IMG/VR virus record: IMGVR_UViG_3300027736_000035
Location: 1-64,000 of that record
Length of the DNA stretch: 64,000 nt
From: a virus
Reading direction: 5' to 3' (one strand)
The position numbers and the translations under genes are program-made. Positions within the stretch are counted from its first letter, which is position 1. Each line of letters begins with the position of its first letter. This document shows positions 47,334 to 57,500 of this stretch, in pieces. The notes beneath the pieces were generated by a model. That model made no database searches. It was not told the origin of the DNA and saw only the letters and a list, made by a program, of their open reading frames with translations.

Positions 47334-49346
47334 ATGGCATATACAATTAATTTAACTAACGGTACAATTTTTGCTACTGTCAACGATGGCACCGTTAATA
47401 ACGCTAGTAGCATGACGCTGGTGGGCAAAAACTATGCTGGGTATGGTGAATTTTTAGACGAAAACTTTATACACCTGCTGGAAAATAGCGCAAACACCAC
47501 AGCCCCAGCATCACCACTCACAGGACAATTATGGTGGGACAGCACCAATGCATTGATGAAAGTGTATAACGGCACTGCTTTCAAAGTCATGACTGGATCT
47601 ACCAGTTCGGCCAGCGCACCCAGCAATGTTATCACTGGCGATTTATGGTGGGACACAACCAATTCACAATTGAAAATTTACAACGGAGTATCTTGGACTG
47701 TTGTTGGCCCTGCTTACACATCCGCCGAAGGCACAGCCGGTGCCATTCCTGAAACAATCACTGACTCGGGAGCCACTCCGCACTATGTGACCAGTCTGTA
47801 TGTGAACAACACCCGAGTGGCCATTGTGAGTAAAGACGCTAATTTTACTCCATCTGCTCCTACTGTTACCACATTCCCTACCATATACAATGGTATCACT
47901 TTGTACAATACCAGTTCTCCGGTTTATGCAGGAACAGCAACCAATGCACAATTGTTAGACAGCCTAGACAGTACTGATTTCATGCGCGCCACGGCCAACA
48001 CATCAACCACTGGTACATTGGCAGTTTTAAACAATTTTGGATTTACTGTGGGCGCTGCCAATGTCTTTTCGGTAACTACAACTAGCACCGATGCCAACAT
48101 TAGAAGCAACATTTCCAATGGTAATCTGGTAATGCAGGCCAACGTATCTGGTAATATATACAACGTAGCAAGAATAGTGGGCAGCACTGGTGTATTTGCA
48201 GTGTCAAATGCCATGACTGCCGGTACCACTGTGTCGGCTGTGGGCAATGTGTCTGGTGGCAATGTTATCACAGCAGGGCAAGTTACTGCCACTGCCAACA
48301 TCACTGGTGGCAACATTATTTCAGTTGCGGCGGTTTCTGGTGTTTCTTTGGTTTCTTCGGGCAACGTTGACAGTGGCAACTTGCGTACCGCCGGGCAAGT
48401 CAGTGCAACAGGTAATATTACCTCGGCAGCCAATGTAGCAGGTACATATTTCATTGGCAATGGTTCAGCGTTGACAGGATTGAGTCTGGGTGTAAGTGTC
48501 ACCAAGTTTGTGAATGGTACCAGCGAAGGTAATGTTGGTGCCAGCGGCGGCAATATAAACTTCAATGTAGGTGGCGTGAGCAATGTGGTTGTTATTGATA
48601 CTAGTACCTTGTACGCCAATGTGCTCAGCGCACAGAGCATTACCAAATCAGGCAGCAATGCAGTTGGTAATATTGGATCCAGCTCTAGCTTTTTTAACAC
48701 AGTGTTCGGTAATATCTACAATGGTACTGTGATCAGTGTGGCAGGCAACGTCACTGGTGCTAATATCAATACTGGTGGGTTGGTCAGTGCAGGAACAACC
48801 GTAAGTGCCACTGGCAACATCACTGGTGGCAACTTGATCACTGCTGGACTGGTCAGTACCGCCAGCATTACCAAAACTGGTAGCAATGCAGTGGGCAATA
48901 TTGGCAGTTCCAGCAACTATTTTAATCAGGTGTTTGCCACAGCTACCACAGCACTGTATGCTGACGTTGCTGAACGTTTTGCAGCCGATGAAGTGTTAGA
49001 ACCAGGAACTGTGGTTGAACTGGGTGGATCACAAGAAATTACTCGTGCTGTAACTGACCTAAGTGAAAATGTGTTTGGTGTTATCAGCACTAGACCAGCT
49101 TACACAATGAATGGTGGCGCAGGCGAAGATTCAACTCATCCAAAAGTTGCCATGACAGGTCGCGTTCCGGTCAATGTTATTGGTATAATACGCAAAGGCG
49201 ATCGATTGGTAGCCGCAGGAGCAGGCCTGGCAAGAGCAGCTCAGCTGGGCGAAGCCACTGCTTTCAATGTGATTGGGCGCAGCCTGGTAGACAAAACTAC
49301 CACACAACAAGGTACAGTCGAAGCCATTGTGACCATTAAAAACTAA
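47334..49346 (+). CDS. Tail fibre/spike with C-terminal intramolecular chaperone-like domain
   Basis: G.LWWD..N..LK.YNG..W repeats, many SATGNITGGN beta repeats, and C-terminal ADVAE...PGTVV...GVIST.PA...VAMTGRVPV...KGDRLV. Confidence 0.75.
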   Translation: MAYTINLTNGTIFATVNDGTVNNASSMTLVGKNYAGYGEFLDENFIHLLENSANTTAPASPLTGQLWWDSTNALMKVYNGTAFKVMTGSTSSASAPSNVITGDLWWDTTNSQLKIYNGVSWTVVGPAYTSAEGTAGAIPETITDSGATPHYVTSLYVNNTRVAIVSKDANFTPSAPTVTTFPTIYNGITLYNTSSPVYAGTATNAQLLDSLDSTDFMRATANTSTTGTLAVLNNFGFTVGAANVFSVTTTSTDANIRSNISNGNLVMQANVSGNIYNVARIVGSTGVFAVSNAMTAGTTVSAVGNVSGGNVITAGQVTATANITGGNIISVAAVSGVSLVSSGNVDSGNLRTAGQVSATGNITSAANVAGTYFIGNGSALTGLSLGVSVTKFVNGTSEGNVGASGGNINFNVGGVSNVVVIDTSTLYANVLSAQSITKSGSNAVGNIGSSSSFFNTVFGNIYNGTVISVAGNVTGANINTGGLVSAGTTVSATGNITGGNLITAGLVSTASITKTGSNAVGNIGSSSNYFNQVFATATTALYADVAERFAADEVLEPGTVVELGGSQEITRAVTDLSENVFGVISTRPAYTMNGGAGEDSTHPKVAMTGRVPVNVIGIIRKGDRLVAAGAGLARAAQLGEATAFNVIGRSLVDKTTTQQGTVEAIVTIKN

Positions 49347-49360
49347 AACAGGAATAGACA

Positions 49361-50326
49361 ATGACTTATTCATCAGGTGGATTAATTGAAGCAACAGACT
49401 ACAATGGGTTTGTTAGCACCACTGCCGGCGCAAATATCAACGATATCTGGGCCACCGGCTCAAGTGATAAAGGATATGGGCAAACTGCGGTGAGTACTGT
49501 TGCTGCTGCTGGCACAGTTTCTGCCACCCAATGGGCCAGTTTGGTCAACACATTGAGCAGTTTAGGCAGCCAGACCAACACAACTATTACTGCAAGATCG
49601 GCACCAACTGCAGGAACCACAATTGCTATCCTGGCAGCACTCAACACCGATCTCACTTCGGTTACCACCAACAGAAACAATGCAGTTGCACAAGGTACAC
49701 AATACACAGGCTGGACCGGAACCAATAGTAAAACTGCTGCCACATCAGGGGCCACCTGGACCATCACATTCACAAACACTGTGACATTTGCTGATTCAAA
49801 TTCAGCTCGTTATTTTTTCAACGGCGGCGGCCTTATTTCTCTACTACCTTCTAAAACTAGTACAGGAGCGACAGGAGATCCACCATGGAATGCCATGGCC
49901 ACAGCCGCTGGTACAATTGTGTTTAGCGGTGCAGCAGCAAGTAAAACAATTGCAGCAGTTGCATACACCGGAACTACCAAAATTGGCGGATCAGGTATAA
50001 ACACCACACTGAGCACAGCCACAGGATATTACGCATTGACTGCCGGCGCAGCCGCTACAATTATTTTCAAACAATTTTCGGCAACTGCTCCTTACACTTC
50101 CAATTTCATACAGCACAGCGTGGCATTAAATGCCGGCGCAAACATACTGACATTTACCACACTATGGTCAGCCAGTGACGGTGACCCAATCACAGGAGGA
50201 ACCGCAGCCGTGGCTGCTACCCCCGGTACTGCACCCTGTACTATTTGTACTTATAAACCTCCTAGTTCCACTTATCTAACCACCGCAAGTTGGGGAACCC
50301 CCACCGTGGCAGCTACCACAGTTTAA
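49361..50326 (+). CDS. Thr/Ala-rich virion structural (fibre-associated) protein
   Basis: 321 aa, T/A/S/G-rich, with GYGQ and ARYFFNGGG motifs. Last gene before the terminator. Confidence 0.6.
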   Translation: MTYSSGGLIEATDYNGFVSTTAGANINDIWATGSSDKGYGQTAVSTVAAAGTVSATQWASLVNTLSSLGSQTNTTITARSAPTAGTTIAILAALNTDLTSVTTNRNNAVAQGTQYTGWTGTNSKTAATSGATWTITFTNTVTFADSNSARYFFNGGGLISLLPSKTSTGATGDPPWNAMATAAGTIVFSGAAASKTIAAVAYTGTTKIGGSGINTTLSTATGYYALTAGAAATIIFKQFSATAPYTSNFIQHSVALNAGANILTFTTLWSASDGDPITGGTAAVAATPGTAPCTICTYKPPSSTYLTTASWGTPTVAATTV

Positions 50327-50329
50327 TCA

Positions 50330-50355
50330 AAAGGGCCAATTGGCCCTTTACTTTT
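50330..50355 (+). terminator. Probable intrinsic terminator
   Basis: Perfect palindrome AAAGGGCCAATTGGCCCTTT followed by ACTTTT, just after the structural operon. Confidence 0.7.
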
Positions 50356-50375
50356 GATTGCATATTGTGTATAAT
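50347..50375 (+). promoter_or_regulatory. Sigma70-type promoter heading the glycosyltransferase/radical-SAM cluster
   Basis: TTTACT-17 nt-TATAAT; ATG at 50382 lies 6 nt after the -10 box. Confidence 0.6.
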
Positions 50376-50381
50376 ACATGT

Positions 50382-50687
50382 ATGGACACAGAAGATTTAA
50401 TTGCTCACGCTCGCTCTAGATTCAATCACGAATCAGCCAAACGGTTACTCAGAGAAAAATATCAAGCTCGCATGCTGTTTGCTCACGCCGGAGGCATGTG
50501 GCGTGCTGGTCCTGAGCTGGCGGTATTGCTAGCCACAGTACCTCCGGGCAGTGTAGTAATACTGGACTTGTATGAAAATCCCATCCAGGTCAATTCTGAA
50601 CAACTACGCGACCTGGTCATGCAACGCTGGCAAGAACAGATGAATGCCTGGTTGATAGAACATGAACAAGTGAACAAGCAACGATGA
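50382..50687 (+). CDS. Hypothetical protein, possibly a fibre-assembly chaperone
   Basis: Start reassigned to ATG 50382 because the TTG at 50358 lies inside the promoter. Short helical protein following the fibre genes. Confidence 0.55.
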   Translation: MDTEDLIAHARSRFNHESAKRLLREKYQARMLFAHAGGMWRAGPELAVLLATVPPGSVVILDLYENPIQVNSEQLRDLVMQRWQEQMNAWLIEHEQVNKQR

Positions 50688-51529
50688 CGACCGGTGCATT
50701 GATATTTGCATTCAACAATGAAAAAACAGACTATGTGGCCTTGGCTGCATGGTCAGCTGCCAACATACATAGACATCTTGACATTCCGGTGGCTGTGGTC
50801 ACAGATAACGAACATCATACTGCACTCGCAGCATTTGATCAGGTGATCTTTGCCGAACCTTCCGCAGGTGGAACCAGGAACTTTGAAGACTATAAGGCTA
50901 CTGTGACCTGGCACAACGCCGGTAGGCCCGATGCATACAATCTCACACCCTGGGATAATACTCTATTGTTAGACGCAGATTATGTGGTGGCCAGTGATCA
51001 ATTGCGCCATGCTTGTACAAATGGCAGAGATTTACAAGCCCACTCAAGATCAACAGACGTGCATAACAATCAAAACTCTGATCAGTTTGGTAATTTTGCC
51101 ATGAGCATGCATTGGGCCACAGTAGTACAATTTCGTAAATGCACCCAGGCTCAATACACGTTTGAGTGCATGAATATGATCAAAGACAATTGGCAGCACT
51201 ACAGAGATATCTATCATATTCACAGCAGCACATACCGCAACGACTACTCGCTAAGTATAGCAATAAACATTGTGAATGGTCATGTGCCGCACACCAGCAA
51301 CCACTCAATTCATGGGTCATTGTTAAATGTGTATCCTGGTGATACGCTAACACAACTACACGAAGATTGCTATCGTGTGGCCTGGACTGATTCAAACAGC
51401 AAAAAACATCATGTGGATTTGGCAAATCAGGATTTACATGCCATGGGCAAAAGAGATTTAGAGGTCATAGTTGAAAGTCATAGAAGAGCAAGGCTATTTG
51501 ATAACAGCCTGGAACTCAGCCACAGTTGA
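50684..51529 (+). CDS. GT-A fold glycosyltransferase-like protein
   Basis: AVVTD...FDQVI...TPWDNTLLLDADY (DxD)...WATVV.F...RND motifs. Confidence 0.7.
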   Translation: MTTGALIFAFNNEKTDYVALAAWSAANIHRHLDIPVAVVTDNEHHTALAAFDQVIFAEPSAGGTRNFEDYKATVTWHNAGRPDAYNLTPWDNTLLLDADYVVASDQLRHACTNGRDLQAHSRSTDVHNNQNSDQFGNFAMSMHWATVVQFRKCTQAQYTFECMNMIKDNWQHYRDIYHIHSSTYRNDYSLSIAINIVNGHVPHTSNHSIHGSLLNVYPGDTLTQLHEDCYRVAWTDSNSKKHHVDLANQDLHAMGKRDLEVIVESHRRARLFDNSLELSHS

Positions 51530-52232
51530 TTACGTCAACTGCGCGAGATCATTGGTTCAAACATTAAAACACTGGCATCCGGATGCCAAGGTGTGTTTGG
51601 TCACGGATACAGATGTCAATGACTCAATGTTTGATCATGTACGAGTGATCACACGTGCCAATCTTCATAATGCCTATGCTGATGACTGGCAAGTGTTTTA
51701 TCAATCTCCGTTTCGTGAAACCATCAAACTGGAAGCAGACATGTGGATTACCAGTTCAATTGATCACTGGTGGAATATGTTTCGCAAACGTGATCTGGTG
51801 ATCAGCACAGGTTGCAGAAACTGGCAAGACCAATCTAGTACAGCAAGGCATTATCGTAAAATATTTGATGCCAATCATTTGCCTGACGTGTACAATGCTG
51901 TCACGTACTGGAGATTGAGTATCACGGCAAAAGAATTTTTTGATCTGACACGCAACATATTTGAGCACTGGACCGAATACCGCAAGCTATTGAAATTTCC
52001 AGATGAGACAGCATCAACAGATTTGGTCTACGCCATGGCAGCACAGATCATCGGACCTGAACTGGTAACTTTACCATTTGCTACATATCCCAAAATAGTT
52101 CACATGAAACGGCATCATGCTGGTACACAAACAGAAAATTGGAAAAAAGAACTGATTTGGGAATGGGATAACAGCAGTTTACGTGTTCAGACTTTGACAC
52201 AATCGGGAGCATTTCATTACCATGTCAAATGA
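51471..52232 (+). CDS. GT-A fold glycosyltransferase-like protein, paralogue of the previous gene
   Basis: CLVTD...FDHV...SPFRETIKLEAD (ExD)...STD...VHMK motifs. Confidence 0.65.
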   Translation: MKVIEEQGYLITAWNSATVDYVNCARSLVQTLKHWHPDAKVCLVTDTDVNDSMFDHVRVITRANLHNAYADDWQVFYQSPFRETIKLEADMWITSSIDHWWNMFRKRDLVISTGCRNWQDQSSTARHYRKIFDANHLPDVYNAVTYWRLSITAKEFFDLTRNIFEHWTEYRKLLKFPDETASTDLVYAMAAQIIGPELVTLPFATYPKIVHMKRHHAGTQTENWKKELIWEWDNSSLRVQTLTQSGAFHYHVK

Positions 52233-52572
52233 ACCCGTAACTGAACAAGAGTTTTGGAGTATACTGGCAGCCATGCCCGAACCTCTACCAGTTTTCTTTA
52301 GACTGTATCATGATGATCGCGGGCGCGCATTATTCTACAGCATGGAGGATGTTCCAGGTACATACATTGAAATTGATGCAGAAACTTTTGCACTACAGTC
52401 CACAAACGTCAGAGTACGAGATGGCTGTCTGGTTGAGGTGACCTGGGTCACTAGTGAAAAACTGCAACCAACGGAAACTGGTACATGTTGCCACCCCACG
52501 GACATAACTGTAGTGGTTTCGCCTAACAATCCGCACATCAAATGGAGCAAACAAACACATGAACAAAATTGA
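52222..52572 (+). CDS. Hypothetical protein
   Basis: 116 aa ORF overlapping both neighbours in an operon-like arrangement. Confidence 0.6.
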   Translation: MSNEPVTEQEFWSILAAMPEPLPVFFRLYHDDRGRALFYSMEDVPGTYIEIDAETFALQSTNVRVRDGCLVEVTWVTSEKLQPTETGTCCHPTDITVVVSPNNPHIKWSKQTHEQN

Positions 52573-53482
52573 CACAGCAGACTTGGACTGCATTTATCTC
52601 ACCTATGACGAACCACAACGAGAAGAATTTTGGGTAAAGATCAAAAACATGATTCCATGGGCCAAACGTGTGGATGGTGTCCGCGGGTCTGATGCAGCAC
52701 ACAAAGCCGCTGCTGCTGCCAGTGACACAGAACGTTTTATTTTGATTGATGGCGACAACTTGCCTTCTGCAGATTTTTTCAACAAAACATTGGAATTGCC
52801 CACAGCTGACTACGAGCAAGCAGTGTTCCGCTGGCGCGCTAGGAATCATGTGAACGGACTCATGTATGGCAATGGTGGCATCAGTAGTTGGACACGTGAA
52901 TTTGCAAATGCCATGCGTACACACGAAGCCACTGATGGACGTACAGAAACACAAGTTGAGTTTTGTTTTGATCCCTTGTACTGGGCCATGCACGACTGCT
53001 ACAGCACCACGTACCCAGCACAGTCGCCATTCCATGCTTGGCGTGCTGGCTTTCGTGAAGGGGTTAAGATGTGCTTGAACAAAGGTGCAAAACCCACTGT
53101 AGAAGAATTTAAGAATCAAGTGCTAAGAAATCTTGATCACTTGACCATATGGCACAACATTGGTGCAGATGTTGAAAACGGAGAATGGTGTATGGCCGGT
53201 GCCAGACAAGGCACATACATGACCATGCTGACCAACTGGGATTATAAGCTGGTTCAAGATTTTGATGCGTTAGCTAAAATTTGGGAAACCGTGAAAGATG
53301 TCCAACCACGCATACTAAGTAATCAGTTAGGTCCTGAGATTGGTACTCAATTGGACTTGCCAATGGCCATCTTAGAGGCTGAACAGAGTGCATTTTTCAA
53401 ATATCATTATCGCAGCAATTGGCACAACCGTGGTGCAATGGTCAGAGAGATAGATGTGATCCGACAACAAGAGGGCTGGTGA
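52559..53482 (+). CDS. Glycosyltransferase-like protein (GT2-like)
   Basis: YDEP...RVDGVRG...AHK.AA....TERFILIDGDN (DxD), YGNGG, AWRAGFREG motifs. Confidence 0.7.
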   Translation: MNKIDTADLDCIYLTYDEPQREEFWVKIKNMIPWAKRVDGVRGSDAAHKAAAAASDTERFILIDGDNLPSADFFNKTLELPTADYEQAVFRWRARNHVNGLMYGNGGISSWTREFANAMRTHEATDGRTETQVEFCFDPLYWAMHDCYSTTYPAQSPFHAWRAGFREGVKMCLNKGAKPTVEEFKNQVLRNLDHLTIWHNIGADVENGEWCMAGARQGTYMTMLTNWDYKLVQDFDALAKIWETVKDVQPRILSNQLGPEIGTQLDLPMAILEAEQSAFFKYHYRSNWHNRGAMVREIDVIRQQEGW

Positions 53483-54417
53483 TGTATCCCTTGGGGTGTA
53501 CCAGTGATCGTCTTTGGGATGTGCCGGGGTTGATACAATATCTTGCACAAAATCAACATAAATCAATTTCCATTGATGTTCAACCAGAAGCTATCTGTTT
53601 GTATAGTCTTGGTTTTTATAAAATATTAGATTGTTTTAATTTTGAATCAGTGACTATACATACCTGGAACCCTTTTGAAAAACATTTGCAATATACGATC
53701 AAGTACAAAGGTGACAACTTTTGGTTTGATCGCCAGGCTGATATAACAGTCTCACAATGTGAATATACCGGAAACAAAACTTTTTTGTGTTTGTATCATC
53801 GTCCCACTGCTGGTCGCCTGGCATTGGCTGGATATTTGCACAAACACCATGCAGCATCTAGCCTGATCCATTTTAGCACAGATACAGATGATGATAGTCT
53901 TATTCAATTTGAATTTGACAAGTTGTTGTCGTGGCATTTGCCCAGCTTGGAAAACGCATCCAAGCTACTGCCTACCTTGCCTATTTTATTATCCCCTCGA
54001 GATCAGTATACCGGATCATTGGGATATTTTTATACTGATCCGTTGACTGAACTGTATAGAGAAATATTAATTGACGTTGTGGTTGAGAGTCATGTTGCTG
54101 GCAATACATTTTTCCCTACAGAAAAAACCGTGAGGCCCATGTTGTTGGGTAAACCATTTTTGGTATTCGCCAGTTGTAATTATTTGGTATATCTAAGACA
54201 GATGGGATTTAGAACATTTTCCGACTTCTGGTCCGAAGATTACGACGGGCATGAAGGCAAAGAAAGACTGATAAGAATGTTGTCGGTGCTGGATACCATA
54301 GCCGCAATGACTGCATCACAGCGTGAAGCAATGTACTGGGATCTTCAATACACGTTGCAGCACAATCAAAATATATTGAAACAGCGCAAGTGGTCTAATA
54401 ACATAAAATTAATATGA
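53482..54417 (+). CDS. Putative GT-B/GT10-like glycosyltransferase
   Basis: VVVES....FPTEKTVRPMLLGKPFLV...LRQMGFRTF...EDYD, similar to the TEK motif of GT10 fucosyltransferases. Start at the TGATG junction. Confidence 0.55.
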   Translation: MYPLGCTSDRLWDVPGLIQYLAQNQHKSISIDVQPEAICLYSLGFYKILDCFNFESVTIHTWNPFEKHLQYTIKYKGDNFWFDRQADITVSQCEYTGNKTFLCLYHRPTAGRLALAGYLHKHHAASSLIHFSTDTDDDSLIQFEFDKLLSWHLPSLENASKLLPTLPILLSPRDQYTGSLGYFYTDPLTELYREILIDVVVESHVAGNTFFPTEKTVRPMLLGKPFLVFASCNYLVYLRQMGFRTFSDFWSEDYDGHEGKERLIRMLSVLDTIAAMTASQREAMYWDLQYTLQHNQNILKQRKWSNNIKLI

Positions 54418-55790
54418 TTGAAAAAAGCAAATTCTTATTTTCGGCCGAGCAGATGCACAAAGATCTCGGTCCAGCACTGTGTTTGGCCAAGTGGAAACAG
54501 GTCAGCTTGCATCTCACTACAGGTCTAAACAACAGTTGCTATCATCCGCCATTGCATGCAATTGATCCTGCTGCGATAGAGATTAATCCTTCTGCTCTAC
54601 ATAATACTGCTCATAAAAAAGCACAGCGTAAAATAATGCTACAGCAAGAACGTCCCGACGAATGCTCTTACTGCTGGAACATGGAAGACCTGGGCAAACT
54701 GAGCGATCGACATTACCGATCAGGCGAGCCCTGGGCAGCCGTAGATTTTGAAAAGATAAAAAACTCAACCGGAGAAGAAGATGTCGTACCGTCATATGTG
54801 GAAGTCAATTTTAACAATGCCTGCAACCTTAAATGCAGCTATTGCAGTCCGCAGTTCAGCTCTAGTTGGCAGCAAGAAGTGGAACGTCATGGGGCATTTC
54901 CTACTTTGGTTCCTCATAACGCTCCTGAGCATTTTAGCGGCCATCGCAGGCCTATCCCTGCCCGTGATCACAACCCTTATGTAGAAGCATTCTGGGCATG
55001 GTGGCCCTCATTGTATCCTGAACTCAAACACTTCCGCATGACCGGCGGTGAACCACTCATGGATCGCAACACCTATCGAGTGTTTGACTATGTGTTGGAG
55101 CATCCTAAAAATGATCTGCACTTGGCTGTGACATCAAACTTCAGTGTGGAACCTGAACTGTCAAAAAAATACTTTGATTATGTTCAACGCTTATGCGACA
55201 CTGACATCGAACATTTCATGCAGTATGTGAGCCTTGACTCGGGCATAGGTCCGCAAGCAGAATACATTCGACATGGATTAGATTTTGATCGTTTAGCACA
55301 CAATGTAGAAACATATCTAAGAGATATTCCATATCGTAACAGTCTTACATTTATTGTGACAATGAACAATTTATCAGTCACTGGATTCCTGCCATTGATG
55401 AAGTGGATTTTAGAACTACGACGCCAACATAGTAAAACATATCAGCGTGTATGGTTTGATACACCTGTGCTAAGACAACCTGCCTGGCAAAGCCTACAAA
55501 TTCTGCCTGAGAGCTATGCAGCAAATCTAGAACAGGCACGAGACTTTATGTTGGCCAATCTAGAAACTGAATTGGATCCGTTCCATGGATTTAAAGACTA
55601 TGAAGTGCAACGACTAGAACGTGATATAGCATGGATGCGATCAGATTCAAATACAAGTTCCAAACGGCATTTAGCAGATTTCTATAGATTTTTCACGGAG
55701 CATGATCGACGTCGCGGAACAGACTTCTCGAAGGCATTTCCTGAAATGCGAGTCTGGTGGGATGAGTGCAAGTATTGGGGCAAGCAGTAG
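54414..55790 (+). CDS. Twitch-domain radical SAM protein
   Basis: CLAKW...SCYHPP...CSYCW, CNLKCSYC, TGGEPL. Confidence 0.9.
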   Translation: MIEKSKFLFSAEQMHKDLGPALCLAKWKQVSLHLTTGLNNSCYHPPLHAIDPAAIEINPSALHNTAHKKAQRKIMLQQERPDECSYCWNMEDLGKLSDRHYRSGEPWAAVDFEKIKNSTGEEDVVPSYVEVNFNNACNLKCSYCSPQFSSSWQQEVERHGAFPTLVPHNAPEHFSGHRRPIPARDHNPYVEAFWAWWPSLYPELKHFRMTGGEPLMDRNTYRVFDYVLEHPKNDLHLAVTSNFSVEPELSKKYFDYVQRLCDTDIEHFMQYVSLDSGIGPQAEYIRHGLDFDRLAHNVETYLRDIPYRNSLTFIVTMNNLSVTGFLPLMKWILELRRQHSKTYQRVWFDTPVLRQPAWQSLQILPESYAANLEQARDFMLANLETELDPFHGFKDYEVQRLERDIAWMRSDSNTSSKRHLADFYRFFTEHDRRRGTDFSKAFPEMRVWWDECKYWGKQ

Positions 55791-55791
55791 C

Positions 55792-56832
55792 ATGACAACT
55801 GAGTTTGTTGGGACTACCTTTCCGCCCTCTAGCGATTGGCACACTGATGAAAAAAATCTAATAAAAAATATACACGATCAAATTGATTGTGCATTTCCTA
55901 ACAGTCAAAATTTGTTTATAAACACCACATGGTTTGGTCCACAATTTGGCAATGCACTATGGCACAGGTATCAACACACTATATCGCAGAAACAATTTGA
56001 TCGAGTGTTCATGTTGGCAGCAGTTGACCCGGTGTTTTTAAATAGTGATCAGATTTCTCACATGCAGGTAGAAACCAGAGCCAAGATATATCTGTTGGGA
56101 AATTTTGACACTGAGTACTACTTTAATTTTTTTTCACAGGTGATACCTAAATATTTTGTATCCTACACGGAGCAACAGTTGCATCTTAGAAAATCAAAAT
56201 ACTTGTATATAAATTACAATCGTAAACCAAGAGACCACAGGTCGGCACTGGTAAATCAATTGATTGATGAAGATTTACTCAAATACGGAGTTGTCACACT
56301 AGGCAAACCAAATAGCATATACAGTAAAGAAACATTGCCAAAACAGCATTTAAATCTAAATGAAACACCCCAAGATGCTGTTGGTAATTGGGGAATGAAT
56401 ATGGAGTTTGGTATTCCTCACGACATACATAGCCTGGGCAATTTAACCATATGGCAACAGCATTTTTTAAACATAGTAGGGGAGACTGAATTCTTTCCCT
56501 GGGACAACATGTTTATCAGTGAAAAAACATGGAAACCCATCCTGGGACTCAGACCATTTGTGATCAATGGACAGACAAAGATATATAAATATTTGCGTGA
56601 TCAAGGATTCCAGACATTCAACCATTATTGGCCGCAGGTTGATGTAGAAGGTGCTACCGAGCTTGAAGTACATGACACCATAGTACAAGTGATTAAATAT
56701 TTGCAAGAGCTCAACCCCGCTGATTTACAAAATATGTATCAACGCATGTGGCCAGCATTGACACACAATCGCAACAGATTTTGGGAATTTGCAAAAGAAC
56801 AAAAATACAAAATAGAAAATCTATTTAAATGA
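55792..56832 (+). CDS. Putative GT10-like glycosyltransferase
   Basis: YNRKPRDHR, GET...FISEKTWKPILGLRPF...LRDQGFQTF. Start set at ATG 55792. Confidence 0.55.
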   Translation: MTTEFVGTTFPPSSDWHTDEKNLIKNIHDQIDCAFPNSQNLFINTTWFGPQFGNALWHRYQHTISQKQFDRVFMLAAVDPVFLNSDQISHMQVETRAKIYLLGNFDTEYYFNFFSQVIPKYFVSYTEQQLHLRKSKYLYINYNRKPRDHRSALVNQLIDEDLLKYGVVTLGKPNSIYSKETLPKQHLNLNETPQDAVGNWGMNMEFGIPHDIHSLGNLTIWQQHFLNIVGETEFFPWDNMFISEKTWKPILGLRPFVINGQTKIYKYLRDQGFQTFNHYWPQVDVEGATELEVHDTIVQVIKYLQELNPADLQNMYQRMWPALTHNRNRFWEFAKEQKYKIENLFK

Positions 56833-57500
56833 AACAGTACATGATCATATGCTGCGCCGGTGACGGTGGATCATTTCTGACCACCGTAGTTGCACAACTG
56901 CTCGGCTATCAAATCAAAGCAAAATTTAGCAACACCGGACATGCCCATGACATGGGCCGGGGAAATTGGCGCGGCGCCGAATCTTTATGCTTAATCGGCG
57001 ATAACTGGGAAATGAATTATCGTCCAGGTGCCAGGCTGTATACTTCGCATGTGATGCCATACAATTACATACAGCAAAACCCAGATGTTAAAATAATAAA
57101 GATCGACACTGCTCCTAAGGATTATAGAAAAGTCACCGAGTTATGTGTTTCCAAAGCCTGGCCAGACATGTGGACACCAGAAGAATATGCTAAATGGGTT
57201 GGACCCGACTATCCTCCATACCACAAAAGCAATGTAGAGCAAAGCAAATTAATTCGCAATGATTTGATCAATGATCTGGTAATAAACTACACAAAAAAAT
57301 GGCAAGATCACCATAGGTTTGTGCCGGTCCATCATGTAATTAATTTTAGAACTATCATGGGCATTGACAATATAGATTTAGTAGACAGCATTTGTGAGAT
57401 TGTGTCACAACCTGCCACATTAATCATAAGACAATATGTTGCCGAATATCAAAAAGTGAATCAATCATTGTATTTTAAAAATTATGTTAGGCAATCATAA
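56829..57500 (+). CDS. Hypothetical protein, sulfotransferase/P-loop-like N-terminus
   Basis: IICCAGDGGSFLTTVV motif. Confidence 0.4.
   Translation: MKQYMIICCAGDGGSFLTTVVAQLLGYQIKAKFSNTGHAHDMGRGNWRGAESLCLIGDNWEMNYRPGARLYTSHVMPYNYIQQNPDVKIIKIDTAPKDYRKVTELCVSKAWPDMWTPEEYAKWVGPDYPPYHKSNVEQSKLIRNDLINDLVINYTKKWQDHHRFVPVHHVINFRTIMGIDNIDLVDSICEIVSQPATLIIRQYVAEYQKVNQSLYFKNYVRQS

Noticed and set aside
47924-48700. 258-aa antisense ORF within the fibre gene
   Set aside because: Shadow of the Gly/Asn/Thr/Val repeat codons.
47334-50326. Diversity-generating retroelement or invertible fibre cassette
   Set aside because: No TR/VR pair differing at adenines, no RT or invertase, and no flanking inverted repeats seen.
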